Origin: Acidobacteriota bacterium
Lineage (GTDB): Bacteria; Acidobacteriota; Polarisedimenticolia; Polarisedimenticolales; DASRJG01
Assembly: GCA_041500265.1 (NCBI GenBank)
Contig: JBGQLU010000002.1
Coordinates: forward strand, 1 to 61,436
Direction: 5' to 3'
Length of the DNA stretch: 61,436 bases
Part shown: positions 19,476 to 27,924 of the stretch, piece by piece
Numbering within the stretch: position 1 is the stretch's first letter
How the letters are laid out: every line of letters begins with the position of its first letter
Made by a program: the position numbers and the translations under genes
Notes under the pieces: generated by a model
The model's input: only the letters and a program-made list of their open reading frames with translations
Databases searched by the model: none
What the model was told of the DNA's origin: nothing

Positions 19476-20159
19476 TCAGTAGTGCGACGGAATGTAGTTG
19501 ACGTCGTTCGCCATTTGAATCAAGTACGCTTCACCCGGAACCAGCGTGAAGTTCGGGCCCGTGGTGGCGCGACCGTTGTACGACTGGTAGGTGTCGCTGA
19601 CCTTCAGGAACTGCTGGACGCCAGCCGCGCCGATCGCCGTCTTGCCGCCGACGTCGTTGAACAGGTCGGCAGCGAGCGTCCCAGTGAAGTTGTACGGCAT
19701 GGAGAAGAACTCATTGCCGGACTTCGAGACGCCGCCGGCCGCTTTCTTCAACGGATGAGCGAACGAAGGATCGTGCGACCCGACGATGATGTAGCTCACG
19801 TCGTTGGCCATCTGGACCAGGTAACCCTCGCCCTTGTTGAGGGTGAAGTTCGGACCGGTCGTGGCGCGGCCGTTGTACGACTGGTAGGTGTCGGTGATCT
19901 TCAGGAACTGCTGAAGGCCGGCGGCGCCGATTGCTGTCTTGCCGCCGATGTCGTTGAACAGGTCGGCGGCGACTGTCATCCCAGACTGCAAATTGTCCGG
20001 CATCCCCAGGGTGATGTTTCCGCTCTTCGACACGCCGCCGGCGGCCTTGGTCAGCGTGTAGTTGAGCTTGAAGCCCATGTTGGAGGCCAGGACGCCGCCC
20101 GCCGCGAGGACCACGACCAAGGCGACCACCATGACTCCGATGAAAGTGCGCTTGCTCAT
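19476..20159 (-). CDS. hypothetical secreted protein made of two tandem ~100-aa repeats
   Basis: Start trimmed to ATG 20159, with GGAGGG upstream. MSKRTFIGVMVVALVVVLAAGGVLA signal. Two copies of KAAGGVSKSGN...AADLFND[IV]GGKTAIGAAG[LV]QQFLK[IV].DTYQSYNGRATTGPNFTL..GE.YL[VI]QMANDV.YI. Confidence 0.75.
   Translation of the reverse strand: MSKRTFIGVMVVALVVVLAAGGVLASNMGFKLNYTLTKAAGGVSKSGNITLGMPDNLQSGMTVAADLFNDIGGKTAIGAAGLQQFLKITDTYQSYNGRATTGPNFTLNKGEGYLVQMANDVSYIIVGSHDPSFAHPLKKAAGGVSKSGNEFFSMPYNFTGTLAADLFNDVGGKTAIGAAGVQQFLKVSDTYQSYNGRATTGPNFTLVPGEAYLIQMANDVNYIPSHY
19501..20057. repeat. intragenic tandem duplication (two ~255-bp units, period 297 bp)
   Basis: 19501-19754 and 19798-20057 align base for base over long runs, for example CCGTTGTACGACTGGTAGGTGTCG, CTTCAGGAACTGCTG and GTCGTTGAACAGGTCGGC. 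Confidence 0.8.
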
Positions 20160-20271
20160 CCAGATTCCCTCCGAGGTCAGTGCCGCACCGGGTTCAGCGC
20201 CCAGGATATCCCCCCAAAACAACGCCCTCTCCCGGACAGCGGGTGCGAGTCTCTGCGCTCGATTCCGCCTA

Positions 20272-20299
20272 AATGTACCCGGAAGATCAAGAACGTCAA
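20272..20299 (-). promoter_or_regulatory. sigma70-like promoter candidate for the secreted-protein cassette
   Basis: Minus strand reads TTGACG, a 16-nt spacer, then TACATT, about 105 nt upstream of ATG 20159, inside a 214-bp intergenic gap. Hexamer match only. Confidence 0.3.
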
Positions 20300-20373
20300 G
20301 GTGAGAATCCTCTACCCCCATGGCTTGGGCGCCGCCTCCCCTGGCGACGGTTGCTTCGAAAACCGAACGAAAG

Positions 20374-20853
20374 TCAGTCGATCCTATAGAAAACGAGATT
20401 CGGCCCCGCGGTCGCGGAGTCCACGAACCGGTTGTCCCTGACCTGAATCGCCTTCGACCGGTCGAACCGGTCGGGGGCCGTGGACTTGGTGACCACGTGA
20501 GAACGCTTCCCGTTGGCGAACGTGAACACGACCTCGTCGCCGAGCTTGGCCACCTGCACGCCCTGTCCGCCCGGACGCGCGGCGTCGTTCATCTTCGGGA
20601 CGCTCAGGAGCACGCCGGCCGTCACCAGGATCGCGGGGACCAGACCCGCCGCGATCACCAGCCGGACGGGGAAGAAGAGCGGTGCGAAAGCGCCCGAACG
20701 CGCCGAATCATCGTGCGCGGCCCGGAGGATCGTGCCGCGAGCCGCCGCCGACAGGCCCATCGCGGGGTCGTTCGAAGCCCGACACGCCGCGATCGCCCGG
20801 TCGAGATCCTCGCCGGCACGGTCTTTTTCGCTTCTGTTGCCGAGTCCGAACAT
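20374..20853 (-). CDS. single-pass membrane protein, putative anti-sigma factor
   Basis: 159 aa, immediately downstream of the ECF sigma gene. One central TM (FAPLFFPVRLVIAAGLVPAILVTAGVLL) and an extracytoplasmic C-terminal domain. There is no zinc-binding HxxxCxxC motif, so the function is inferred from position only. Confidence 0.5.
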   Translation of the reverse strand: MFGLGNRSEKDRAGEDLDRAIAACRASNDPAMGLSAAARGTILRAAHDDSARSGAFAPLFFPVRLVIAAGLVPAILVTAGVLLSVPKMNDAARPGGQGVQVAKLGDEVVFTFANGKRSHVVTKSTAPDRFDRSKAIQVRDNRFVDSATAGPNLVFYRID

Positions 20854-20914
20854 CGCTGGCCTCGCTTCGCTCCCCTGGTCTCGCTGATGAATACCGGGCG
20901 CCGGGGCGAAGCGT

Positions 20915-21505
20915 TCAACGGTTCCGCTCTTTTTCTTTGGGGGGGGCCTCGAACGACCGCCGGAGCCTCCCCCGGGCCAGCCCGAGGTGGCGGCGGACGG
21001 TGATCGAGGTGATCCCGAGGGCCCGGGCGACCGCTCCCGTCTCCAAACCCTCGATCTCGCGGAGCACGAAGATCGCGCGCTCCCGCTCGGTGAGGGTCTC
21101 GAGCGCCGCTTCGAGCCTCCCCTTCAGCTCCGCCTGATCCGCGTTTTCCGCCGGCCCGGGATGAGGGTCTCGAGCCCCCGACGCCGCCTCGGTCCAAGGG
21201 ACCTCCGGACCGGAGTCGGTCGCCCGGCGCCTGCGGTGGTCGTGGGCCGCGTTGACCGTCATCCGGTAGATCCACCCCTCGAACGACCCTCCCGGCCGGT
21301 ACCCCTTCAGGTGGCGGAAGACCCGGATGAAGACCTCCTGCGCGACGTCCTCGACGTCGCTGGGGGCCACTCGCAGGTAGCGCAGGACCCGGAGGACGCG
21401 CGCTTCGTGGCGGAGGAGCAGCCCCTCGAACGCCCGTACGTCGCCGGCGCGGGCGGCGGCGACCAGAGACTCGTCCGTTGCATCCGGCTCCGGAGACCGT
21501 GCCAC
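20915..21505 (-). CDS. ECF-type RNA polymerase sigma factor (sigma-70 family, group 4)
   Basis: 196 aa. Region 2 (EDVAQEVFIRVFRHLKGYRPGGSFEGWIYRMTVNAAHD) and region 4 HTH (ERERAIFVLREIEGLETGAVARALGITSITVRRHLGLARGRL). GTG start. Confidence 0.88.
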   Translation of the reverse strand: MARSPEPDATDESLVAAARAGDVRAFEGLLLRHEARVLRVLRYLRVAPSDVEDVAQEVFIRVFRHLKGYRPGGSFEGWIYRMTVNAAHDHRRRRATDSGPEVPWTEAASGARDPHPGPAENADQAELKGRLEAALETLTERERAIFVLREIEGLETGAVARALGITSITVRRHLGLARGRLRRSFEAPPKEKERNR

Positions 21506-21514
21506 CCGTGACCT

Positions 21515-24500
21515 CTAGAAGGGACTCTTGTTCCCCCGCGCATCCACCGCCAAGACCGAATAATACTGGGTGGCGGCGGCCGGAGTGATCTCCTTCGAGG
21601 TTGCGGTGACGGACGTCAGGAGCGGAACCGCGCCGTCCCGGATATTGGCGCGGGAGAACGGCGTCGAGCGGGCATAGATCTCGTAGTGGTCGATCTTGAC
21701 CGGGGCTCCATTGCCGGCCGGATCGAAGACACGGGTCACCGCCGGCCACGAGAGCACGATGTTCCCGGGGGTGGTGCCGGACTTCGCCTCGGTGAGCGGG
21801 TCGGGCCCGCTCGGGAGCTGGTTCCCCAGCCCGCCGGGGTTCCCGCTCACGTCGATCGCGCGCACCAGGTAATACCCCGGCGTGCCGCTCCCGAGGGCGC
21901 CGGCGTCGGTGAAGGTCGGGGTCGCCGGCGTGCCGATACGGTTGGCGAGCGCCGGAAGGAAGGTCGGGGTCGTCCCTCGGTAGACCTCGTAGTTGGCGAC
22001 CGTCGCCGGCTTCCCGTAGATGTCGGTCGTCACCGCGCCCCAGGTCAGAACCACGTCCGATCCGTTCTTCCTCAAACGCAGATCGGCGATGAACGCCGGT
22101 GACTTCACCCCGCGAACGAACGTGGGGGTGGCGAATTTCTCCTGGGAGTACGAGGAGGTGTGCCCCGACGTGTTGGTGGCGGTGATCGCGACGTAGTAGG
22201 TCGTGCCGTTCGACAGCCCCTGGAGGACAAACGACGTGAGCTTGCCCACGCCGACGGTCGTCGTATAGACCCCCGGCGCGATCCCGTAGTTGACCGTGTA
22301 GTTCTTGAGGTCGCTCTCCGGGCTGGCGTTCCATGCGAGGTTGAGCTTCGAGCTCGTTTCGGGATCGGTCACCGTGAGGCCGGTCGGAGCCGCCGGAGGG
22401 TTGGGATTGAGCGGTGTCGCCTTGACGCAGTCGGGACCGTTGACCGCGCAGTCGCTGTTGAAGTTCGACCAGCGGCTCTCGAACCCCTGCGAGTCCAGCG
22501 CCACGACGTAGTACTGGTACGTGGTGGCGTTGACGACGCCGAGATCCGCGAAGGCGGTCCCGCCGACCGGCGCTCCGTTCGCCTTCGTGTACGGAGTCGA
22601 GTTGATGTCGGGGGTCCGGTAGATGTCGTAGGTCGCCCCGGTGGTGGAGGAGGCGGTCCACGACAGGTCCACCCTCGCGTTTCCCGCGACGGCCGCGACG
22701 TTCTTCGCCGGACCGACCGCCGGAAAGACGAGGTCGGTCACCGGGTCGCCCATCAGGATGAAGCTCTGGCAGTACTCGGTCGATCCCTGCCCGCACAGCA
22801 TCTGGAGGGTGTCGAGGACCGGGACGTCGATCGTCCGCAGCTTCTCGGGCCCAAACAGATCGTTCCACAGGACGTCGGTCACCGCGTGTCCGACGAAGTT
22901 GAACGACAGCCCGGAGGGCGAGAAGACGGCCATCGCTCCACCGCCACTGCGCTTCAGCCAGTCCTCCCCCATCGACCGGGTCGCGGTCGTGTGGAAGCCG
23001 CCGGTCAGGCAGTCGTCGGCCAGGAGCCAAGGGTACTTCGCGCCGCTGCTGCCGTTGGTCAGCGAATCGGTGTCGGTCTTGATCCAGATCGAGTCGTCCG
23101 ACCAGATGTCGAAGTTTCCGTGCCCCTCGAACTGCATGATCGACGCCCCGTCGGAGACGACGTTGCCGTTGACGGCCGATCGGATGTCGTTCTTCATCTG
23201 GGCGGTGTTGCAGACCTGCGTATTGATGTTGCAGTAGTCGGAGAAGTAGCGGAGCTTCTGGTCGGTGTGCGGGGGGCGCTTCAGATACGACTCGGCGGCG
23301 TCGTTGGTGGCTTCGAACTCCAGGGAGGCCGACACGTCGATGATCCCTTGGGAATCCCGGTGCCCGCGATCGGACACCAGCAGCGCGTGACGCCGCCAGT
23401 TCCCCGCCGGCGGGCTCTGCTGGTAGCTCAGCAGCTTCTGAAAAACGGTGTTCGCCTCGACGTCGTCCCTCACGGGAACGCGGGCGACCACCAGGTCGGC
23501 GAGCTGGTCCCCGCCGGAGACCGCGGCCATGACGTTGTCGCTCGCGTAGTAACCCAGTTGAGGGTCGTCCAGGAACATGATCTGGGTCGGGATGAAGCTC
23601 CCGTTGGTCGTCCCCGCCTTGTAGTCGTAGGAGCCGTCGCCCAGGAGGAGAACGAACGCCGGCTTCGGGTCGGCCCATCCTTCTCCGGGGGTGGTCGAGG
23701 TCACCCAGCGGAGGAAGTTCTTGATCGCCAACGGACCGGGGAGCCCGTCGTTGAACTCGTCCTGGACGTCCTCGATCATCGCGATCTTCGAGGTGATCCC
23801 TTTCGACTGGTGGTAGGCGAGCAGGTTGTTGAGGGTCGTCCGCGCGGCCGAGCCCGCGGCGCCGAGCGTCGTCGGGTGCGCGATGACGATCAGGTCGGCC
23901 TGGTTCGCGTTGTTCTTGAGGTCCGAGACGGTGTCGGTGGTGAAATCGGGATCGGCGGGAATCGACACCGCACCGGCGCCGGCCACCACGAACCGGCGGG
24001 ACGTGCCGTCGGGGAGCGCGGGATCGTTGTCCACCCGGAACCGGATCGTGAACGGACCGGCCCCCGTGACCGTGGCGCCGGTCAGGCGGACCGACGAGAC
24101 GACGCCGGTCGCGCCGACACGTCCGGTGATCTCGTAAACCTCTGGGGCGGAATTCGTCAGCCCCGAGACGATGAACTCGGCGTCTCCGTCCGGCCAGTCG
24201 AAGGTCAGCGTGTCCCCCGAGGCCTGGAACGAGCGGCGGTACCGGATCTCGATCCAATCGAGGATGAACTGATTGGACACCCCCGACACCGGGAGCGCAT
24301 CGAGCACCACGAGCGCCGGATCGGTGAGCCCCGGCCCCGAGCCCGGGTAGGTCCAGTTGAAGTCGTGCGTGTAGAGCGTCCGCCCGTCGAAGGTCCCGTT
24401 GTCGTTGTTCGTGGCAAGGACCAGCGCCCCGCTCGTCTCGAGCGTCACCCGGCTCTGGTGGTCCGGATTCACCGTGTCGCTTTCGGTGATCCCTCGAACC

Positions 24501-26005
24501 TTCACCAGGACCTCCGCGGGGAGCGTGCCCGAGGCGAGACCGGGAAGGGGCACGCTGTCGGTGCGTGACGCCGGCGATCCTCCCGCGATCAGCGTCGGAA
24601 TCCAGTACCAGGGGTCCGCCGCTCCCAAGGGTCGCCACCCCGTCGGCGAATCGACTTCCTGGTGCGAGACCGCGCCGAAGTTCGTGGGGGGGACTCGCAC
24701 GTTGGTCGGGGTGACGTCGCGCAAAGGCATCCGCGAGCGGGAACCGGTCTCGACCGACAGGAAGTAGACGTTCTCGTCCGTGAAGTCGCGCGCCTCGTAG
24801 ATGTCGTTGTTCGTGTTGGGGAGATCGGTGTTGAGAACCGTCTTGGGCTCGTCGTCCAGCGCTTGCCCGTAGAACTGCACCCAGTCGCCGGCGTCGAGGA
24901 GGTTGTTCGCGTTGACGTCCTGAATCCGCAGGGGGACCTCGACCCCGCGGTTCATGAGCTTCCAGCTCGACAGAGCCTGCGACGTGAATCCCGTGCCGTT
25001 CATGCGCGTGAAGTCGAGCCGCACGACGCCGTTCTGGCGGATGCGGATCCGGTAGAGCGGACCGGAGGCTGGGGCCGCGGGGGACGCCGCCGCTGGGGCC
25101 TGCGGCGCCAGCGCGCCGATCCTGAAGGTGGTCCCCTGCGCGTAGTTCACGAACGCGTTGCGGTACACGGGCTCGAACCGCGAATCCGGAACGGGCTCGG
25201 CGCGCGCGAACGTGTCGCCGTCGAAGTGAACGATCACCTCGAACGAGCGCGTGACCCGCAGCCCTCCCAGGCGCGGATCGAATCGGACCGGAGCGAGGTG
25301 GACCTCGACGTAACGTTGATCCCTCAGGACGCCGATCTCCCCGAGCCGGGCGATCGCCTCGGGAAAAACCCTGCTCCCCTCGTAGATCTCGCGGTCCTCG
25401 ATGCGCTCGTCGCGGATCTGAGCGCCGGCGGCCGGGCGATCCTGCGCCGCGCGCGCGTCGACTGCGGTCTCATCGGCCTCGCCCGGGACCTCCCCGACGC
25501 GCCGGGACACCGGCCGCGGCCGAACGCCCGGGAGCACCTCGTCCGTCCCTGGAACGATCTCCAGCCGAGGGGTCGTTCCCGGCGGGATCGCGACGCGGAT
25601 CGTTCGTGACGGAACTTCCGGAGCTCCGGATTGGCGTTGCTGGTCGCCGAATCCGGCCAGCTCGAGGCGGGTACCGTCCGTGGTCGGCACGAGCGAGAGC
25701 GCCGGAGGGGAGACACGGAAGGCGAACTTCGGTTCGCCCTGCACGTCTCCGACCGCCTGGAGCACCGGTGGCGGCGAGCCCAGGGACTCCCCGACGCCGA
25801 GCGCGATCAGCAATCCCCAGGCGAGCCCACGGACCGGCGCGAACGGTCGCTGCAAGAGACGGCGGGATCGCTGGCGGGGGTGGGGCAAGGTTTGGCTCCG
25901 CTGCCGGGCGCGACGCCTCCTGCCCGCCTCCCCCAGGAAGGACCGCGCCCAACCTCCAAAGCCTACGGTGAAAGGAAGGGGGCGGCAACCCGGGGCCACG
26001 GTCAT
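21515..26005 (-). CDS. large secreted gingipain-like cysteine peptidase (family C25-like) with C-terminal Fn3-type repeats
   Basis: 1496 aa. C25-like core ...ADLIVIAHP...FVLLLGDGSYDYK...ARVPVRD... with a His/Cys dyad context (MQFEGHGNFD ... LLADDCLTGGF). Several Fn3-like modules follow (LSWTASS...YDIYR, LAWNASP...YTVNYG, LTWGAV...YEVYRG). ATG 26005 forms an ATGA overlap with the upstream stop. Confidence 0.8.
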   Translation of the reverse strand: MTVAPGCRPLPFTVGFGGWARSFLGEAGRRRRARQRSQTLPHPRQRSRRLLQRPFAPVRGLAWGLLIALGVGESLGSPPPVLQAVGDVQGEPKFAFRVSPPALSLVPTTDGTRLELAGFGDQQRQSGAPEVPSRTIRVAIPPGTTPRLEIVPGTDEVLPGVRPRPVSRRVGEVPGEADETAVDARAAQDRPAAGAQIRDERIEDREIYEGSRVFPEAIARLGEIGVLRDQRYVEVHLAPVRFDPRLGGLRVTRSFEVIVHFDGDTFARAEPVPDSRFEPVYRNAFVNYAQGTTFRIGALAPQAPAAASPAAPASGPLYRIRIRQNGVVRLDFTRMNGTGFTSQALSSWKLMNRGVEVPLRIQDVNANNLLDAGDWVQFYGQALDDEPKTVLNTDLPNTNNDIYEARDFTDENVYFLSVETGSRSRMPLRDVTPTNVRVPPTNFGAVSHQEVDSPTGWRPLGAADPWYWIPTLIAGGSPASRTDSVPLPGLASGTLPAEVLVKVRGITESDTVNPDHQSRVTLETSGALVLATNNDNGTFDGRTLYTHDFNWTYPGSGPGLTDPALVVLDALPVSGVSNQFILDWIEIRYRRSFQASGDTLTFDWPDGDAEFIVSGLTNSAPEVYEITGRVGATGVVSSVRLTGATVTGAGPFTIRFRVDNDPALPDGTSRRFVVAGAGAVSIPADPDFTTDTVSDLKNNANQADLIVIAHPTTLGAAGSAARTTLNNLLAYHQSKGITSKIAMIEDVQDEFNDGLPGPLAIKNFLRWVTSTTPGEGWADPKPAFVLLLGDGSYDYKAGTTNGSFIPTQIMFLDDPQLGYYASDNVMAAVSGGDQLADLVVARVPVRDDVEANTVFQKLLSYQQSPPAGNWRRHALLVSDRGHRDSQGIIDVSASLEFEATNDAAESYLKRPPHTDQKLRYFSDYCNINTQVCNTAQMKNDIRSAVNGNVVSDGASIMQFEGHGNFDIWSDDSIWIKTDTDSLTNGSSGAKYPWLLADDCLTGGFHTTATRSMGEDWLKRSGGGAMAVFSPSGLSFNFVGHAVTDVLWNDLFGPEKLRTIDVPVLDTLQMLCGQGSTEYCQSFILMGDPVTDLVFPAVGPAKNVAAVAGNARVDLSWTASSTTGATYDIYRTPDINSTPYTKANGAPVGGTAFADLGVVNATTYQYYVVALDSQGFESRWSNFNSDCAVNGPDCVKATPLNPNPPAAPTGLTVTDPETSSKLNLAWNASPESDLKNYTVNYGIAPGVYTTTVGVGKLTSFVLQGLSNGTTYYVAITATNTSGHTSSYSQEKFATPTFVRGVKSPAFIADLRLRKNGSDVVLTWGAVTTDIYGKPATVANYEVYRGTTPTFLPALANRIGTPATPTFTDAGALGSGTPGYYLVRAIDVSGNPGGLGNQLPSGPDPLTEAKSGTTPGNIVLSWPAVTRVFDPAGNGAPVKIDHYEIYARSTPFSRANIRDGAVPLLTSVTATSKEITPAAATQYYSVLAVDARGNKSPF

Positions 26006-27924
26006 CGTTTGGCGGGTTTGGAGGGAAATCCGGGGTTGTCCGCGAGCGCCCGAAATTCCGGAAGCGCTCGGAGCTTGTCCACGTCGGTGAAGCCGGCCTG
26101 CACCGCGGCGCGAAGCGTCTGAACCGCCGCGGGCCCCTCCCCCGCCGCCGCCTCGCAGCGGGCCCGAAGCACCAGGAGGCGCCCCTTCTGGCGGGTCTTC
26201 GCCAACGCGCCGGGGAGGAAGGTCCGGCAGACGTCCTCCCGCTCTCCCATCTCGTAACGCGCGAGCGCCTCGTGGAAGGTGAGCTCTTCGGAGTCCGGGA
26301 ACTTCGCTCGGCCGGCGCGGAACGTCTCCGCGGCATCGCGTTTCCGCCCCAGGAGGACGAGGATCTCGCCCTTGAGCTCGAAGCTTTCCGGCGAATCGTC
26401 GTAACGGGCCAGCAGCGCGTCCGCGACTCTCAGCGCCGCATCGGTCTGCTTCAGGTGCGCGAGCGCGGTCGCCCGGGCGTGCATGGCGTAACGTCCGGTC
26501 GGATCCTTGGTCAGCACGTACTCGGAGAGCTGCGCGATCTCGTCCCAGCGCTCGGACGAGATCGCGGCCTGGAGGCGGGCGAGGTCAGTCGAGAGGTAGA
26601 TGAGATCCTGCGGCGCCGGCCCCCTCTTCGCCGCGGCGCCGCTCCCCGTCGACCCGAGGTAGCCGAGGCTCGCCAGCCGAGCCCGCGCCTCCGGAGACAG
26701 ATCCGGCGTCTCAACGGAAGCGTCCCGCGGCGTGATGCCCGACTTGACCTCCGCAAGCGTTCGACCCATCTCGGCGGCGCGCTCCGTCTCCGCGGCGATC
26801 ACGTTCTCCTTCTCCTGCGGGTCGCGCTCGAGATCGAAGAGCTCCGGGCTCACCGAATCGATGAACTTCCAGCGTCCTTCGCGGATCCCCTCGATCGAGC
26901 TCCACCCGTGGACGAGGCTCCCGCCGAGAGCCTCGAAGTAGAGGGTCCTCGGAGGCATCGTTCGTCCATCGAGCGCCGGACGGAGGCTTATCCCTTGGGG
27001 CGCCTCCCCCGCCGGGTCGAGCCGGCACAGGTCGATCAGCGTCGGAGCGACGTCGGCGAGGGTCACGGGCGCCGCGATCCGGACACCCTTCCGCGCGCCG
27101 GGCACCTTCATGAGCAGCGGCACGTGGATCGTCGACTGGTAGGCCAGGAGCGAGTGCTGCGCTTCTCGGTGATCGTAAAGGCCCTCTCCGTGGTCTCCCG
27201 CCACGACGACGAGCGTGTCGTCCCAGAGCCCCTTCTTCCGCAACACCTCGAAGAGGCGGCCGAGCTCGCGGTCGGCGTAGGCGATCTCGCCGTCGTAGGG
27301 ACTGCCGCGGAACTGATCGGAGAACGGAAAGGGGGGCTGATAAGGATGGTGCGCATCGAAGATGTGAAGCCAGACGAACGACTTCGCCGAATCACGGCCG
27401 GAGAGCCACGCCAGCGCGCGATCGACGCCGTCGCCGGCGGAGCGTTCCCAGGCGTCGGCGTTCCCCTGCGCCCCGCCCGGATCATCGGGGTAGTCGTAAA
27501 GATCGAAGCCCTGGTCGAGACCGAACGGCTTGGCGACCGAATAGGACGCCGGGAAGGCCGCCGTCTGATACCCTGCGGCGTGAAAGCGCTCGGCGAGCGT
27601 CACGTGGCTCGCGCCCAGGCGGAAGCTCACGTTGTACCGGACCCCCGTCGCCGGCGGGTAGAGGCCGGTGAAGAGCGTGCTGTGGGACGGCATCGTGCAC
27701 GAATCGGGCGCCGAGGCGTCGGTGAACAGAAACCCCTCCCCGCCGAGGTGATCGAGGTTGGGCGTGGCCGCGGTCGCGTCGCCGTAGCAGCCGAGGTGAT
27801 CGGCGCGCGTGGTGTCGAGCGTGATCAGCAGAACCCGTTTCGGACTCCGGGTAATCTTTCCGCAGCCCGCGAGCACGACGAAAGCGAGTGAGAGCCCGAC
27901 GGTGGCGAGCCGCCTTGCACTCAA
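26002..27924 (-). CDS. sulfatase-like (alkaline phosphatase superfamily) lipoprotein with C-terminal TPR domain
   Basis: Start set at TTG 27924 (TTGA overlap with the upstream stop), giving (M)SARRLATVGLSLAFVVLAGC, a lipobox. VLLITLDTTRADHLGCYGD metal-site motif. The nucleophile region reads SCTMPSHSTLFTGLYP, which is not the canonical C/S-x-P-x-R. ...VVAGDHGE... and a TPR-like tail. Confidence 0.8.
   Translation of the reverse strand: MSARRLATVGLSLAFVVLAGCGKITRSPKRVLLITLDTTRADHLGCYGDATAATPNLDHLGGEGFLFTDASAPDSCTMPSHSTLFTGLYPPATGVRYNVSFRLGASHVTLAERFHAAGYQTAAFPASYSVAKPFGLDQGFDLYDYPDDPGGAQGNADAWERSAGDGVDRALAWLSGRDSAKSFVWLHIFDAHHPYQPPFPFSDQFRGSPYDGEIAYADRELGRLFEVLRKKGLWDDTLVVVAGDHGEGLYDHREAQHSLLAYQSTIHVPLLMKVPGARKGVRIAAPVTLADVAPTLIDLCRLDPAGEAPQGISLRPALDGRTMPPRTLYFEALGGSLVHGWSSIEGIREGRWKFIDSVSPELFDLERDPQEKENVIAAETERAAEMGRTLAEVKSGITPRDASVETPDLSPEARARLASLGYLGSTGSGAAAKRGPAPQDLIYLSTDLARLQAAISSERWDEIAQLSEYVLTKDPTGRYAMHARATALAHLKQTDAALRVADALLARYDDSPESFELKGEILVLLGRKRDAAETFRAGRAKFPDSEELTFHEALARYEMGEREDVCRTFLPGALAKTRQKGRLLVLRARCEAAAGEGPAAVQTLRAAVQAGFTDVDKLRALPEFRALADNPGFPSKPAKR

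Noticed and set aside
20160-20373. An ECF-type promoter (GGAAC-N16/17-CGT-like) upstream of the secreted-protein cassette.
   Set aside because: I found only weak partial matches (GGAATC..., TGAACC...) at implausible spacing. The best hexamer pair there is sigma70-like. The ECF group and its motif are unknown without a search.
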